A stretch of 63,762 nt of DNA, the filler included, from Globobulimina sp. (Eukaryota): NCBI GenBank assembly GCA_003354225.1. It is 34 parts of 34 records of this genome, joined end to end, with 100 filler letters (N's around TTAATTAATTAA, not from the genome) between each part and the next. Parts side by side here need not be neighbours in the genome. Positions count along the whole stretch, not along the records: positions 13,157 to 14,935 come from PIVH01012040.1; positions 15,036 to 16,814 come from PIVH01012041.1; positions 16,915 to 18,693 come from PIVH01012042.1; positions 18,794 to 20,572 come from PIVH01012043.1; positions 20,673 to 22,451 come from PIVH01012044.1; positions 22,552 to 24,330 come from PIVH01012045.1; positions 24,431 to 26,208 come from PIVH01012046.1; positions 26,309 to 28,086 come from PIVH01012047.1; 26 more parts are not named here. One strand, given 5' to 3'. How positions within the stretch are numbered: position 1 is the first letter of the stretch; each line of letters begins with the position of its first letter. The translations under genes and the position numbers were made by a program. Under the pieces are notes generated by a model. It saw only the letters and a list, made by a program, of their open reading frames with translations. It had not been told where the DNA came from and made no database searches. Below, one piece after another: positions 13,157-26,314 of this stretch.

Positions 13157-13688
13157 AACGTTTTTAGAAAACATGGAGTATCCTGGATTTGAACGAATCG
13201 ATATTTCGAATAATTTCGACGAACTGATTTCAAATGACAATGAATTTGAAAAAAAATCAAAGGGAATATCAGTTACAGCGCGATCATACATTAGATTTGC
13301 ATTTGTATTTATTATGATATTTATTGTTTGCAATGTACTGTTTTGCGTATTATTAGCATTGAGACAATCCGGTGCTTTGGATGATGTTAAATATTTTAAT
13401 ATGATCGAGGATGATGATGATAATGAAGATGAACATATCGATGATGATATTGATGAAGAGTATGTAGCGGATGATGATGATAATAGTGATGATATTTCAC
13501 CAATTTATAATAATATGCATATGAATGATGTTCGTGTGAGTGATTTAGTGGCAATGCGAAGCGGTCATAGTATTAATGACTCAAATTTTAAAATAATGAT
13601 AAGTTTAAGTAAATTGGAAGAAAATCGAGAATTACATGGCCAATTAAATGATCATTCCAGTTCAGAACATCATCCATTTATGGAATAG
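13157..13688 (+). CDS. C-terminus of a single-pass membrane protein
   Basis: TM segment FAFVFIMIFIVCNVLFCVLLAL followed by an acidic tail. Confidence 0.6.
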
Positions 13689-14144
13689 AATAAACATTGT
13701 ATAATACGAGTATACGTAGTTGATTTATGTTTGCTAGCTTGTTTTCTGTCATTTCTGTCCTTTCTTATTTATTTTAGTGTTAGTTTTAGTTTAATGTAAT
13801 TGTTTGGTGTATCTATCAATTATATGTTTACAATTCATATTTACAAATTATAAGCATTTAAACTTTCAACGATATATTCCAAAAGAAACCCCCACCTTTT
13901 GTATAAAATACCCCGAAAATTCCAACGTTTCTCAACGTTTCTCGTACGTTTCTCGATTCTGAACAAATAAAAATACATATACAGTATATATATAATAGAT
14001 CTATAATGTCTCTGATAAATAAAAAACAATTGAAACGACAAACTGTATTACAAAAAAAAAATATACAGTTTCTGGCTAAAAACAAATATTACACAGAAAT
14101 ACGTATTTGCGTGCATTTAAATATCCGCTCTCGATTCTGAAGCA

Positions 14145-14935
14145 TTAGCAATAACATAAATCAGTGATACTTTGTATCATCACTTGTTTGTTAAATTCCT
14201 TTTCTTGTACATGTTGAATATTATTATCCCTATTTTCATCATTACTTATTTCATACGTTTCTGATGTTGGCGTACATATAAAACTGTGTCTATGATATAC
14301 TTTGGATACACTTAAATTTGCGATGTTAATCCATCTGCCAAACTGAACAGTTTTAGATTCCTTTATTTTCAAATTCCAATGGTTATCACTATACAAACGA
14401 ATAAATTTATTAATTTCTTTTTTATCAAATTGTATTCTTTCAACTTTAATCAATTTCAATTTCATATTTTTATCTTTATTTATATTTTTAATCATCGTCA
14501 ATAATATCGACAAATATCTGCTTGATAAATGTCTTGCGTTGTTATCAATAATTATTTTCTCACAATTTTTAAAAATATTACATATAAAATCAATTAATAT
14601 CAAATTGTTTGTCCGCTTATCCACAAATATTTTCTTAAATTCCTTATATTCGTTGTTGAATGAAACCAAATCAATCTCAATCGTCTTTTTCCTGTTGCAA
14701 TATTGTTCAAATATGCAACGTATATATTCCGATAATTCATGTTTCTCATTTTGCGACATTAATAACTTTGCAATGTTATATTCTTTATCATATTTAATGT
14801 CATTACTATCCGTCTCCGCATTCAATACCTTATCTAATAATTGCATTGCATTAATAAAATATTTATAATTTTCGTTACTTTTTACAATGCGAATGGCTGT
14901 AAATTTCACTGTATCATAACCACCAAACAAGAGAC
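14145..14935 (-). CDS. Hypothetical protein C-terminus (possibly same family as 43211-44988)
   Basis: 263-codon open frame from the contig edge starting (R)LLFGGY. Confidence 0.6.
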
Positions 14936-15035
14936 NNNNNNNNNNNNNNNNNNNNNNNNNNNNNNNNNNNNNNNNNNNNTTAATTAATTAANNNNNNNNN
15001 NNNNNNNNNNNNNNNNNNNNNNNNNNNNNNNNNNN

Positions 15036-15302
15036 TGTGGTGGACATCATAATATTATTAAGACAGCGGGTAATAAATATTATTTGTGGGGATATAATAA
15101 TTATAATCAATGTTTATATGTTGATGATGCCAATCCGCCACAATATATTAAGAAACCCTTATTATTTAATTCAAATTATTTTGATAAAGATAAAGAAATA
15201 ATTGAAATGTATCCTGGATGTTATGAAACACGAATAATAATTATGAAACATGAAAAAAAAGATGAAAGTTCAGATGAAGATGAAAAAAAAAGTGGATTTT
15301 AA
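15036..15302 (+). CDS. RCC1-repeat protein C-terminus
   Basis: CGGHHNIIKTAGNKYYLWGYNNYNQC fits an RCC1 blade. Confidence 0.7.
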   Translation, partial: CGGHHNIIKTAGNKYYLWGYNNYNQCLYVDDANPPQYIKKPLLFNSNYFDKDKEIIEMYPGCYETRIIIMKHEKKDESSDEDEKKSGF

Positions 15303-15461
15303 TGTCCGCGTTAACAATTTAAGAGATGTAGTGTTCTGTCATAGTATTTTAAACATTTTTTAATTTTTGTGTCTTTGATTTTTTACTCAAAACATCAAAA
15401 TAAAACACAAAAAAAGCTATCAACACAAAAAAGTACACATAAATCACACGACACAGTTATA

Positions 15462-16445
15462 TTATGGAACAGTCCCAGCTCTCCGTATTTGTGCATCATG
15501 CAATTGTGCTCTTCTTTTGTCTTCATCATCGCCGCAACATTTTGCTCGAACAAACCAACACATCTGAAATGTCATGGCAATAATGGATAGAAACCATATC
15601 GCCACAATATATGGAAAATATGTATATCCGGACAGCCCACCATTTAAAAACTCAATAAACGGCACAAAGCCACAAATAATGTATCCAATTACAAATACCA
15701 TAGTAGTACACATAGCAGTTCCTAAGCTTTGTTCAAAGTCATTAATAGCCAATAAATCCATCCTTGACTGCGGTAAAAAGTACCGCTCAAATCCAAAATC
15801 CTCCGGATGACTGAATGGGTTCCCACTGCCAAAGCCATCACTTTCCTGAAAACAACAGCAACACAAACAAATCAACACAAACAACGCCACAAATCCAGTC
15901 GCGATATAACAGTCCGCCTCAACCCACATATAATCAAAATCCCCCACCATATAAATGATATCATTGCCGCTGCCACTGATCATCACTGAGTGCGCGATGA
16001 CGATGGCAAACATAAACGACATCCATCCAATGCGTATCACGTACCACATGACATACGCTCTATAGTCCTTCCTCGGGATCATTATCTCATTGTAACTGTA
16101 AAATAACCATTCAATAACCACAAAAAGCATAGCCATAATCAGGGATAAAATCAAATACCATCCAGAGCCCGACCACTCCCACACAGACTCTTCATAGTCA
16201 ATGTACACATAGCCGTTCATCACCGCCACATCGTCCGAATGGATGTCCCACCAACACGAGACAGTGGAGGAGGACATGGACGATACGACCGAAGTGCCTC
16301 CGAGGTACATATAGTCCACGTCGGAGGCGTCGAGCTCTTGCAACTCGGCAAACGTATAAGCAACGGATTGCATACTCTCATTGCGATACGAAAACATTAA
16401 GAAACTGTTGCTGCAGCCCGCCACCACCGTCATTCCATTCTGCAT
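15462..16445 (-). CDS. Multi-pass membrane protein of unknown function
   Basis: 327-aa ORF with ~5 hydrophobic helices and Cys clusters. Confidence 0.65.
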   Translation of the reverse strand: MQNGMTVVAGCSNSFLMFSYRNESMQSVAYTFAELQELDASDVDYMYLGGTSVVSSMSSSTVSCWWDIHSDDVAVMNGYVYIDYEESVWEWSGSGWYLILSLIMAMLFVVIEWLFYSYNEIMIPRKDYRAYVMWYVIRIGWMSFMFAIVIAHSVMISGSGNDIIYMVGDFDYMWVEADCYIATGFVALFVLICLCCCCFQESDGFGSGNPFSHPEDFGFERYFLPQSRMDLLAINDFEQSLGTAMCTTMVFVIGYIICGFVPFIEFLNGGLSGYTYFPYIVAIWFLSIIAMTFQMCWFVRAKCCGDDEDKRRAQLHDAQIRRAGTVP

Positions 16446-16914
16446 TATGTCGTGTATCGCAGTGGACGGTATCGACGAATATATGCATTTTGCAGTGCAG
16501 TCTGCTGCAGAAAATTTGGGGAAAAACTACATGTGTTTTGTAGGCAATATAATGCATCGAAATATACGCAAAATCGCACAGAAACAGTACTTAACGACAA
16601 TGGACACGTAGCAAAATAGAAGGGACAGAATCGCAGAGCATATTAATAAGCAGCACGAGGATTTGTGTGTGAATCGGCCGAATAATATCTGTGTGCTGTT
16701 GTCGCCGCGCAATGTCAAATGCTGTGCGTAGCGCTGCTGGATGGAATTGCCGTGGTTTCTGGCGGCTGTGGGTCGCGTAAAAGTGGGCGTGGATTGTATT
16801 GGCTTCATCTTGAGNNNNNNNNNNNNNNNNNNNNNNNNNNNNNNNNNNNNNNNNNNNNTTAATTAATTAANNNNNNNNNNNNNNNNNNNNNNNNNNNNNN
16901 NNNNNNNNNNNNNN

Positions 16915-17058
16915 CTGAAAGCACTCGTGAAAACTCTGCTGAAAAAGCTGAAATGACCTCTGAAAGCACTCGTGAAAACTCTGCTGAAAAAGCTGAAATG
17001 ACCTCTGAAAACACTCGTGAAAACTCTGATGAAAAAGCTGATAAAAAAGCTTCTGAAA
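16915..17058 (+). repeat. 45-bp tandem repeat, ~3 copies (ESTRENSAEKAEMTS in one frame)
   Basis: Unit CTGAAAGCACTCGTGAAAACTCTGCTGAAAAAGCTGAAATGACCT repeated from the contig edge. Confidence 0.9.
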
Positions 17059-17880
17059 CTATAAGTACTGAATGTATAGGTTGGGGTGATACAAAATATT
17101 TCAAAGTGTTTTTTACTTCTAAAAACTACATTCACCAGTCTACTATAAATGTGATACATTATTATGTTAAATCCATTTGAGTATCATTGCAACAAATTAA
17201 AGGAATTTCCTTTACAGACTGGCTGGACACATCAGCATATTTATGTATATTAAAATAATATTCTATATTACTGTTGGTGTTACAGTATGTATCAAGTGGA
17301 ATTGGAAACGTCTCAATAATCTATCACTAATTTTCTTCATCGGCCGGTTCATATTCTGGTTTCTTACTGTACATTACAACATATTGGTGTAGTGATGAAT
17401 TCGATGTGTCACTGTCAATGGGGTCGATCCTCCTTTGACTCGATTTCCACAGTTCAGACAATGTGAAATTATTAGTTTCTTTCATTGCGTTGTGTGGGCC
17501 ACCTGCAAATACGGCAATGTTTTGACCATACAGTACCTAGTTGCGTTTGGGCAGCCGACTTGGGAGGGGGTGGAACTTGCTCGAGAGCTTAGAGAAAAGG
17601 TGTTGTAGTAGGAATAGGGTAATTTTGAACATTTTATTCAGGGGAGTGTTGCGGGCCGACATTTTGAGGGGTGCGGGGCTTTTGAGGCCAGATTATTTTT
17701 TAAAAATTTGGTGTTTTGGACACAAAATTAGCAATTAGCAAGAAATGTTCCGGAAAACCAGATTTTTCCTCGCAAAATAGCTCAATTTCTGACCTTTTCC
17801 TGCCTTTCCCACACACCTATGTATGTTCTAACTAAATCCTGACTTTCATGACTCGCTAAGACCCCTGATTATCGAATGCT

Positions 17881-18267
17881 CTAGCTAGCTCTAGTTTTGA
17901 CCATATTTGATAGGAGAAAATTACTAAACTGACCCGATCGTTGAATCTTATCTTGCAATAAGTTACGCTTGACAACATCAACTTCATAACCATGTGAGAA
18001 ATTTGTACCCGAATGTACCGTATCATGATGTTTACTCTTTAATCTGGCCACTGTTTCGTAATAAGTATTAACACCTTTGTTTTTACAGACGGTACAATAA
18101 TATGGGATATAACGAAGATGATCTCTGGTAATATGGGCTTGCAGATCGTCATAAGTAACTAAAAATATAGGATCGAATTTATGGAAAATCAGGGTAGTCA
18201 GATACAGTATGTTCAAAGTTATACCATTTTTCTCGGCGCAATCACAGCATATAAATTGTGTGGTCAT
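17881..18267 (-). CDS. Small C2H2-type zinc finger protein
   Basis: CCDC...HITRDH and YYCTVC...HHDTVH. Confidence 0.55.
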   Translation of the reverse strand: MTTQFICCDCAEKNGITLNILYLTTLIFHKFDPIFLVTYDDLQAHITRDHLRYIPYYCTVCKNKGVNTYYETVARLKSKHHDTVHSGTNFSHGYEVDVVKRNLLQDKIQRSGQFSNFLLSNMVKTRAS

Positions 18268-18858
18268 TTTATTAAAAATTTTACAAACAAAAAAGTAAAC
18301 AAATAAGATCACCGTATGTTTACGTTTTACTTAAAAAAGCTCTCCTCTTCTGGACACTGGGGGGGGGGAATGGGTCTGGTGTCGGCATATCGGCAATAAC
18401 TAACTTGAGCGCGCCATCGAGCGCACCGCTGCCAAATAGAACGATGTTGCATTTTGGATACTCGTACAGCAGTCAGCACAAATAGCGTGCCTACCTTTTA
18501 TCTATATAATGAATGAATTCAATCCTTGTCTTGACTGACAACAACTCTAATTCAACCTCCAAAAAGGTCAGAGGTAGAGGGCAGTATACATTCAAACTTA
18601 GTATGCCTTCAAACGCAAACGAAAGGAAGCAACTTCTGACAGAGTTGACTCATGAAGATGGATTGGATGCAAAAGTCATCATTGAGAAACGTANNNNNNN
18701 NNNNNNNNNNNNNNNNNNNNNNNNNNNNNNNNNNNNNTTAATTAATTAANNNNNNNNNNNNNNNNNNNNNNNNNNNNNNNNNNNNNNNNNNNNTAAAGTA
18801 GTTAATAAGTTTTACATTCAAAAACGTTTCTGGAAGTCGAAGATTTGAACCAACTAAA

Positions 18859-20358
18859 ATGCCACGTAGAAAATATCGGAAAAATAAACCGAAAGATCCC
18901 CGCAAATCTAAAAATAAGCAAAATAAAACAAAAAAATTAATCAATGACAAAGCACTTTTGATGGAAAAATTTGATTCTGAACAAACCGAAGATGATCTGA
19001 AAGACATTGCAAAATTAAGACAAGTTCTATATCGTGATTTAAAAGTTAACACGGATCTAAATGAGAATCAACAATTCACCCAATTAGGCCAAAAATTAGC
19101 GGCACTAATTGAGTATTACGAACTGCATGAAAACACTCAATTTTTTAATGAAATTAAGACTAAATTACCAATCCTGCATAATAAATTTGGCAGAGGTGGT
19201 TTGATCTGTTCATTTGCGACTGGTGATGATGTGTTTAAACTGAAGTTTGATACTTCCATTAACAGACAATATTTAAGTGTTGTACAATGCAAAGAGCAAA
19301 TTATTGCAAATGGCCAATTTATTTGGTTTCCAGTGGATATGTTAAATATTCTTTGCCCTCCGGCAACAAATGCATTTGCTGAACGGAGAAACACTTATAA
19401 CATCAATCGTTCTTATTATTGGGTTGTCCGCTGTTACGTTGATGAGTCAAACCCAAATGCCATTGTGCAAGAATTTGCTCATCCCACATATCTTCTGAAA
19501 TTGCAACCATATTTAAAGAGTGCGAATATTATTAATCGATATTCAGTTACAAAATTTATTAAAACTTTTCCTGAATGGAGTGAATTACTAACAGGGCAAT
19601 ATAGCGATAAATCCGATCCACAAACTATGCAAAACTCATCCACATTCATAAACTGTTTAAGTGAGTATCGATGCAGAATATTATTAAATGTGTCCACCGC
19701 ATCAAGCAAAGAAATAGTGTGTAAGTGCAGAGATGAATTGTTTCCAAAATCAATGATAATGAAATTTGTGTATAATTCCGAGGATTTGGATGATGTAAAA
19801 AAATCTCAAATGGTAAGCAATTTGGAATTTCATATATATGGACAGCAAATGGAACGTATATTGATACAAAAATGGGAGGATTTAACAGAGAGAATCCAAC
19901 GGCAACAAAAATTAAGAGAATCCAACAAAAGTATATTTTCATATGAATCCGTCTTTGAAAATAGAATGTGTGCATTGATTACTCTACAAACAGAGATACG
20001 TAATAAAATCTGTAGAATCGGTGCATTAGAGATATTTGCAAAATGTGTGGGTTCTGTGGATTATAAAGATTACACGAAAAAGAAGCTACAGGAGCTACGT
20101 ACAAATACTATTGTAAAATCTTATGTGGAGTGGAAAACGTTTTTACACAAATTAGTTGGAAGAGAATGTGTAAATTGTGGTAAACAAGAAAGTACACGAA
20201 CCGGTAGTAAGGTTAAGGAAATTGAAAGATTTAGAAAATGTTCAGCGTGTCAAATTGTATTTTATTGCTGTGTACGTTGTCAAAAAATTCATTGGAAAAA
20301 ACAACATCGCATTGAATGCCAATATATGACACTCATAAAATTAATGTTGAATCTATAA
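18859..20358 (+). CDS. MYND zinc finger protein
   Basis: 499-aa ORF ending in CVNC...KCSACQIVFYCCVRCQKIHWKKQHRIEC. Confidence 0.88.
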   Translation: MPRRKYRKNKPKDPRKSKNKQNKTKKLINDKALLMEKFDSEQTEDDLKDIAKLRQVLYRDLKVNTDLNENQQFTQLGQKLAALIEYYELHENTQFFNEIKTKLPILHNKFGRGGLICSFATGDDVFKLKFDTSINRQYLSVVQCKEQIIANGQFIWFPVDMLNILCPPATNAFAERRNTYNINRSYYWVVRCYVDESNPNAIVQEFAHPTYLLKLQPYLKSANIINRYSVTKFIKTFPEWSELLTGQYSDKSDPQTMQNSSTFINCLSEYRCRILLNVSTASSKEIVCKCRDELFPKSMIMKFVYNSEDLDDVKKSQMVSNLEFHIYGQQMERILIQKWEDLTERIQRQQKLRESNKSIFSYESVFENRMCALITLQTEIRNKICRIGALEIFAKCVGSVDYKDYTKKKLQELRTNTIVKSYVEWKTFLHKLVGRECVNCGKQESTRTGSKVKEIERFRKCSACQIVFYCCVRCQKIHWKKQHRIECQYMTLIKLMLNL

Positions 20359-20672
20359 TTAAGAGTCTGTAAGTATGAAGATGAAGATTATTTATTGCCT
20401 TTCTGAAACACATACTTTCTCTGTGGATTGGTGACAATGGAACCACCATCTTCCTGCACTGCAAGCACTGCAATGATATTCCGCAACCAAATCCTTCTAA
20501 AACATGGTTGAAAAAGTTTTTTGTTCAAAATCAAAACCATGGAAAGAATAAAGCGTTTAATCACCCTTTTTGNNNNNNNNNNNNNNNNNNNNNNNNNNNN
20601 NNNNNNNNNNNNNNNNTTAATTAATTAANNNNNNNNNNNNNNNNNNNNNNNNNNNNNNNNNNNNNNNNNNNN

Positions 20673-21636
<964 letters not shown>

Positions 21637-21854
21637 TCAACGAATGAATGTGAAAAGAAAAAAAGGAGCGAGTTTCTGTTGGACGTAAGTAAATTGAGTT
21701 AAAAAAGAGTTTGAGAAAAGTTTTTTGTTTGTTGATGAAAAGGAAATTAGGAAACTCAACCACTATTTAAGTGTTTACTATGCAATTACAAAATATTCTA
21801 TCTTGTTGAACCGCAATGTGCAAAGTTATATGAAGGTTGGATCGAGAAACGTGG

Positions 21855-22451
21855 TCAAATATTTGTGATCAAATTATACCATAACTGCCTATCACCACTC
21901 ATCAACCGATTATCGCTGAATTCGTTTGGATTAACATCATCAACCAATACAGTGAATCTTTTCGACGACGTTCTCGTATCAAAATATTCCATTCTCATTA
22001 CATCACTTTCTCCACCTTCACTTATGACTAATATTAATGAATTATCTATTACTGACACGAGAGGCGATAGCCGCGAGTCACAAATCCAATTTGTGTGTGC
22101 AATATGATGCCACTCATCAGTATGCACTGAATAACGTACACATGAATCCGTATCGCATGCATAGCCACCGCTGACATATATTGTTTCATCAAACTTATTA
22201 TAACATGCCCCAGAGCTCTGTGAATGATACGGAATATCTGCAACCTTTGACCATTCATTTGATTCGAAATCGTATAAACTAACAATCTGTGAACAATGCC
22301 CACGACGTCCTTCTCCACCACCAATATTTATCACTTTATTGTCATTGTCGATAAACAACGGCGTGGAACCCCAAGTATCGTGCCAATATGGTTTAAGTTG
22401 TCGAACTGCTCCAAACTCACAGTTACTGCCATTCCAACTCCATCCAACATT
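21855..22451 (-). CDS. Kelch-repeat protein C-terminus
   Basis: INIGGG...LYDFESNEWSKVADIP and IYVSGGY...RYSVHTDEW. Confidence 0.75.
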   Translation of the reverse strand, partial: NVGWSWNGSNCEFGAVRQLKPYWHDTWGSTPLFIDNDNKVINIGGGEGRRGHCSQIVSLYDFESNEWSKVADIPYHSQSSGACYNKFDETIYVSGGYACDTDSCVRYSVHTDEWHHIAHTNWICDSRLSPLVSVIDNSLILVISEGGESDVMRMEYFDTRTSSKRFTVLVDDVNPNEFSDNRLMSGDRQLWYNLITNI

Positions 22452-22551
22452 NNNNNNNNNNNNNNNNNNNNNNNNNNNNNNNNNNNNNNNNNNNNTTAAT
22501 TAATTAANNNNNNNNNNNNNNNNNNNNNNNNNNNNNNNNNNNNNNNNNNNN

Positions 22552-24313
22552 GCGCTATAACATTTGATGCCTCGGCCACTCTTTTCATCATTGGTTCAAT
22601 CACTGCCTACCGAGAATTAGATTTTATTGATAGCACAACGCAAAGTAGCTTAACCTTATTGGCCCAACCTGTAGATAATTATCGCTTTATTTTAGAAGCC
22701 GCTGCAGCTGTAAGCAGCGTATATGATTGCTCTGTGAGCTGTGCATCCGATAGCCCTACACTTGGTATACTATAAAACTGTTTTTTATGTGACCAAATGC
22801 ACCAAATGTTTAATTTTTTTATTTGCCTACAGCGCCAACGGATATTCCAACCTCGAAACCAACCTCAAACCCATCAGTGCCACCAACCAAAACTCCCACA
22901 GCTGACCCAAGCAAAAATCCATCACTTAACCCATCATCCTCACCTACAAAAAATCCTACATCCAATCCGAGTGACAATCCGACCTCAAGTCCCAGTAAAA
23001 CACCATCAGCATCACCCAGTGCGCACCCAACCATACCACCAAGTGATAATCCATCCGCATCACCTACGACTTCACCAACTACAGCTCAACCAACACGCAG
23101 TCCGTCATTATCGCCAACTACCCGCCAACCAACAGGTAATCCATCAGCTGCTCCAACCAATAATCCATCTGTCACTCCAACAACGCATCCTACATTAAAT
23201 CCGTCCAACGCTCCGACTCAAAATCCAAGCAAGAATCCATCGCAAAATCCTACCTCAAATCCTACCCAAAATCCCAGTCAATCCCCATCACAAAAACCTA
23301 CTACCTCCCAACCATCATTCTATCCCAGCAAACGTCCAACCACCTCACCATCACAGAATCCAACACCAAATCCGACGCAAACGCCCACACAAACTCCATC
23401 TCGCAATCCATCCCCATCCCCAACTAAATCACCATCCTCAAGTATGATATTACATTTTTTATATCTGAAAATAGTCTGAAAACATACGACAGATCCAAGC
23501 GAATCGTCTGCTGCACCAACAACCCGACCCAGTGTATCCCCGTCATTTGCACCAAGCCGCAGTCCAACAGGGGATGATGAGCCGTGCGGCGATGATCGAA
23601 AAGAATGGAAAATCCAGTTTCCGTGCGCTGGACAGCCGTGTTTTGAATTAGTCAGTTTATGCGCCGAAGGCTATGCCGTACGCTTGAGTTTGGACCAAAT
23701 GTTTGAAGTGGATGTGGATAAAAATGACGTCGGCAATCAATTGAATAAATGGGGGCACTCTAAAAAATGGAAAGGAAATGTCGATTTTGTATGGGATGGG
23801 GGCAATATCGGTGAGACCATAGGCTTAGAGGACGTGGATGGCGAAGAAAAGGAAGTTATAAGGAATAAGTTTTCAGCGCGATTGAATGACAAATTAACGG
23901 GAAAAGGAGGGCGCAAAATTGAGGGCGATGCCTGGATGAATATCACTGTGTTTTTTTTTGTGGATGTACGTGGCGGTACGTTTGATTTGAGAAATAGCGG
24001 AGATCCGGATCAATATACCACTGTGGAAGCATTTACATTAAAATATATCATCGATTCTGCAAATTGGCCATTCAAACGAAAGTCGGATCTGTTGGGGATG
24101 CAATTTACTGCGTCATTGTTACAGGTTGATTATGGTCAAAGTTCCGCATTATCTCAATGTGCCGATCATGATGAAGGGAAAGGTCATGGTAAAGGCGGTA
24201 AAAATGGCTATCATGGCAAAGGTGGATTTGGTGAAAGTATTTATGGCGGCGGAGGTGGACGACGTTTATTACATAACTTTAAGTCGAAAAATAAGGATCA
24301 TGGTTTTAAATGA
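22552..24313 (+). CDS. Mucin-like PT/PS-repeat surface protein, 5' partial; introns 22765-22832 and 23442-23492
   Basis: Both introns restore one frame across PTxxPS repeats into a globular C-terminal region ending GGGGGRRLL... Confidence 0.8.
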
Positions 24314-24430
24314 AAAACAATAAAAAGATTNNNNNNNNNNNNNNNNNNNNNNNNNNNNNNNNNNNNNNNNNNNNTTAATTAATTAANNNNNNNNNNNNNN
24401 NNNNNNNNNNNNNNNNNNNNNNNNNNNNNN

Positions 24431-24534
24431 AAATACATAATATAATATTGGATTTCTAGATTTTTTTATCATATGAACGCCTTGTTACTATGTTCAAATA
24501 TGAATCCCAAAATATGCGGTTTTTCACAACTGTG
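24431..24534. repeat. ~104-bp dispersed repeat, copy 1 (copy 2 at 62157-62260)
   Basis: Near-identical copies that both end at GGTTTTTCACAACTGTG. Confidence 0.9.
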
Positions 24535-24612
24535 ATTGTTTCATACAAAAGTGTTTCCAACCACTTTCCAGTAAACTTTTCTTTACTACCAACACCATCC
24601 CCTCTCGATCAG

Positions 24613-25359
24613 ATGCGGACGTTGCCAATTGTATCCCTATTTGTATGGATTATATTGTCGTCATGTTTGGCTGAATATATTTTCCAAAATGGTCAGGGCC
24701 AACTCACCTTTGACGGTGCCAAAGAATTCTGTTCCACGTTACACATTGATGCTCGGTTAGCAATGATCCAATCAAGCGAGCAAAATGAGGAAGTTAGAAA
24801 AATAATTTCTGGCGATGCTGGTTCTGAAGCAAAATGGTTTGGATTAAAATATGATGAAACTTCAGATGCGTATACATGGATTAACGGAGACGATGCAAAC
24901 GACGCTGCTTTAGCTTCATGGCATGATTTATCACTGTTTGGCTCTGAGCCAATAAAATGCGGTGCAATGAAAGAGGACGGAGCTTGGGAGGTGAGAGATT
25001 GTATTAGCACTGGTAAACGAGATTTTATTTGTGAGATTCCGTGGGGTTCAACAACTGAAATGATAGCTGTCTGGGGCGCTGCAACTGTTGTTTATACAGC
25101 GGGTCTTGTTGCTCTTTTAGCATGTTTAAAAGGCCTATGGAGTTATATCGGTTATGCTGTTGGCTCACTCTCTGCCATATTAGCTGCCATTCTTATGGCC
25201 ATTAAACAAAGTATGATTATTTTTATAGTTGGTGGTTGTATTATATTTGTCACATTGGTGAGTATTGGTGTTGTAACATATTGCAAATTAAAAAAAACGG
25301 CAAAGTCATCACGTGATTGGAGGGCAGTATTTGAAATGCAAGTTTTTAAAAAAAAATGA
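24613..25359 (+). CDS. C-type lectin domain membrane protein
   Basis: Signal peptide; TFDGAKEFC, WFGL, WING, CGAM...W...DC...FICE; three C-terminal TM helices. Confidence 0.85.
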   Translation: MRTLPIVSLFVWIILSSCLAEYIFQNGQGQLTFDGAKEFCSTLHIDARLAMIQSSEQNEEVRKIISGDAGSEAKWFGLKYDETSDAYTWINGDDANDAALASWHDLSLFGSEPIKCGAMKEDGAWEVRDCISTGKRDFICEIPWGSTTEMIAVWGAATVVYTAGLVALLACLKGLWSYIGYAVGSLSAILAAILMAIKQSMIIFIVGGCIIFVTLVSIGVVTYCKLKKTAKSSRDWRAVFEMQVFKKK

Positions 25360-25553
25360 TATAGTTTTGCAAGTTATCTTTTGTGTTGTATTGTATATTT
25401 TGTCTATTACAAACATCCTAAGTTAGAACCTATCCAAACCTATCATACTTTCCCTGTAGATTGCTTTAGAGGATGTAAAACGTCTAAAACAAGGAAAGTA
25501 TCCTAACATTTATGCGAGACGCATGTTTTAAACAACTAAAAATTACAAACAAA

Positions 25554-26031
25554 TTAAGAAAATAATATATATTTTATCCATGTCTTAAATTCATTAATAT
25601 CATCTAAGGCACCTCGTGCTACTCCCGTATCATTTATAATTTCTACGTTATCAAAATTTAATATGCTTTGAATTGTTTTAATAGTTTCTTTCTTTACTGA
25701 TTTATCCCATACTTTCTTATCTTTCGAGGGCTGATAAATAACTAACATCCCGTCGATATCTACATTTTTCAATAATTGTTTTAATTCTTTCATTTTATTC
25801 TTAACCTCATCAAGTTTTACATCATATGCATTTTCATCAGGAAATACTTTATGGCCACATTGTTTACTGCGTATATGCAAAAAGCATGAACATATAAACA
25901 TAAATATGCTAAAAATGTATTTTATACCTAAATTCCGCATATTTTTTCATAGACTCAGATAACTCATCTTCATTACCAATTTTTAATAGAACTATCACTA
26001 CCGATTTTGATTGTTTTTTTTCTTCTGCCAT
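25554..26031 (-). CDS. Hypothetical protein; intron 25867-25927
   Basis: MAEEKKQSK exon splices in frame through a 61-bp GT-AG intron. Confidence 0.6.
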
Positions 26032-26314
26032 TAGACTCCTGCTAACTAACTTTTTTCTGTGAGCTATAACTGAAAGGTTCAATTACATTTCACTTCCGCT
26101 TTAGTCTGCCAACTTTAAATCGGTTTCCCATTAATGAATTTAACCCAATTTAGTATTAAATTCATATGAAACCGATTCAAAGCAATCTAAAATTCGCCTC
26201 TCCAGATTNNNNNNNNNNNNNNNNNNNNNNNNNNNNNNNNNNNNNNNNNNNNTTAATTAATTAANNNNNNNNNNNNNNNNNNNNNNNNNNNNNNNNNNNN
26301 NNNNNNNNAGTATA

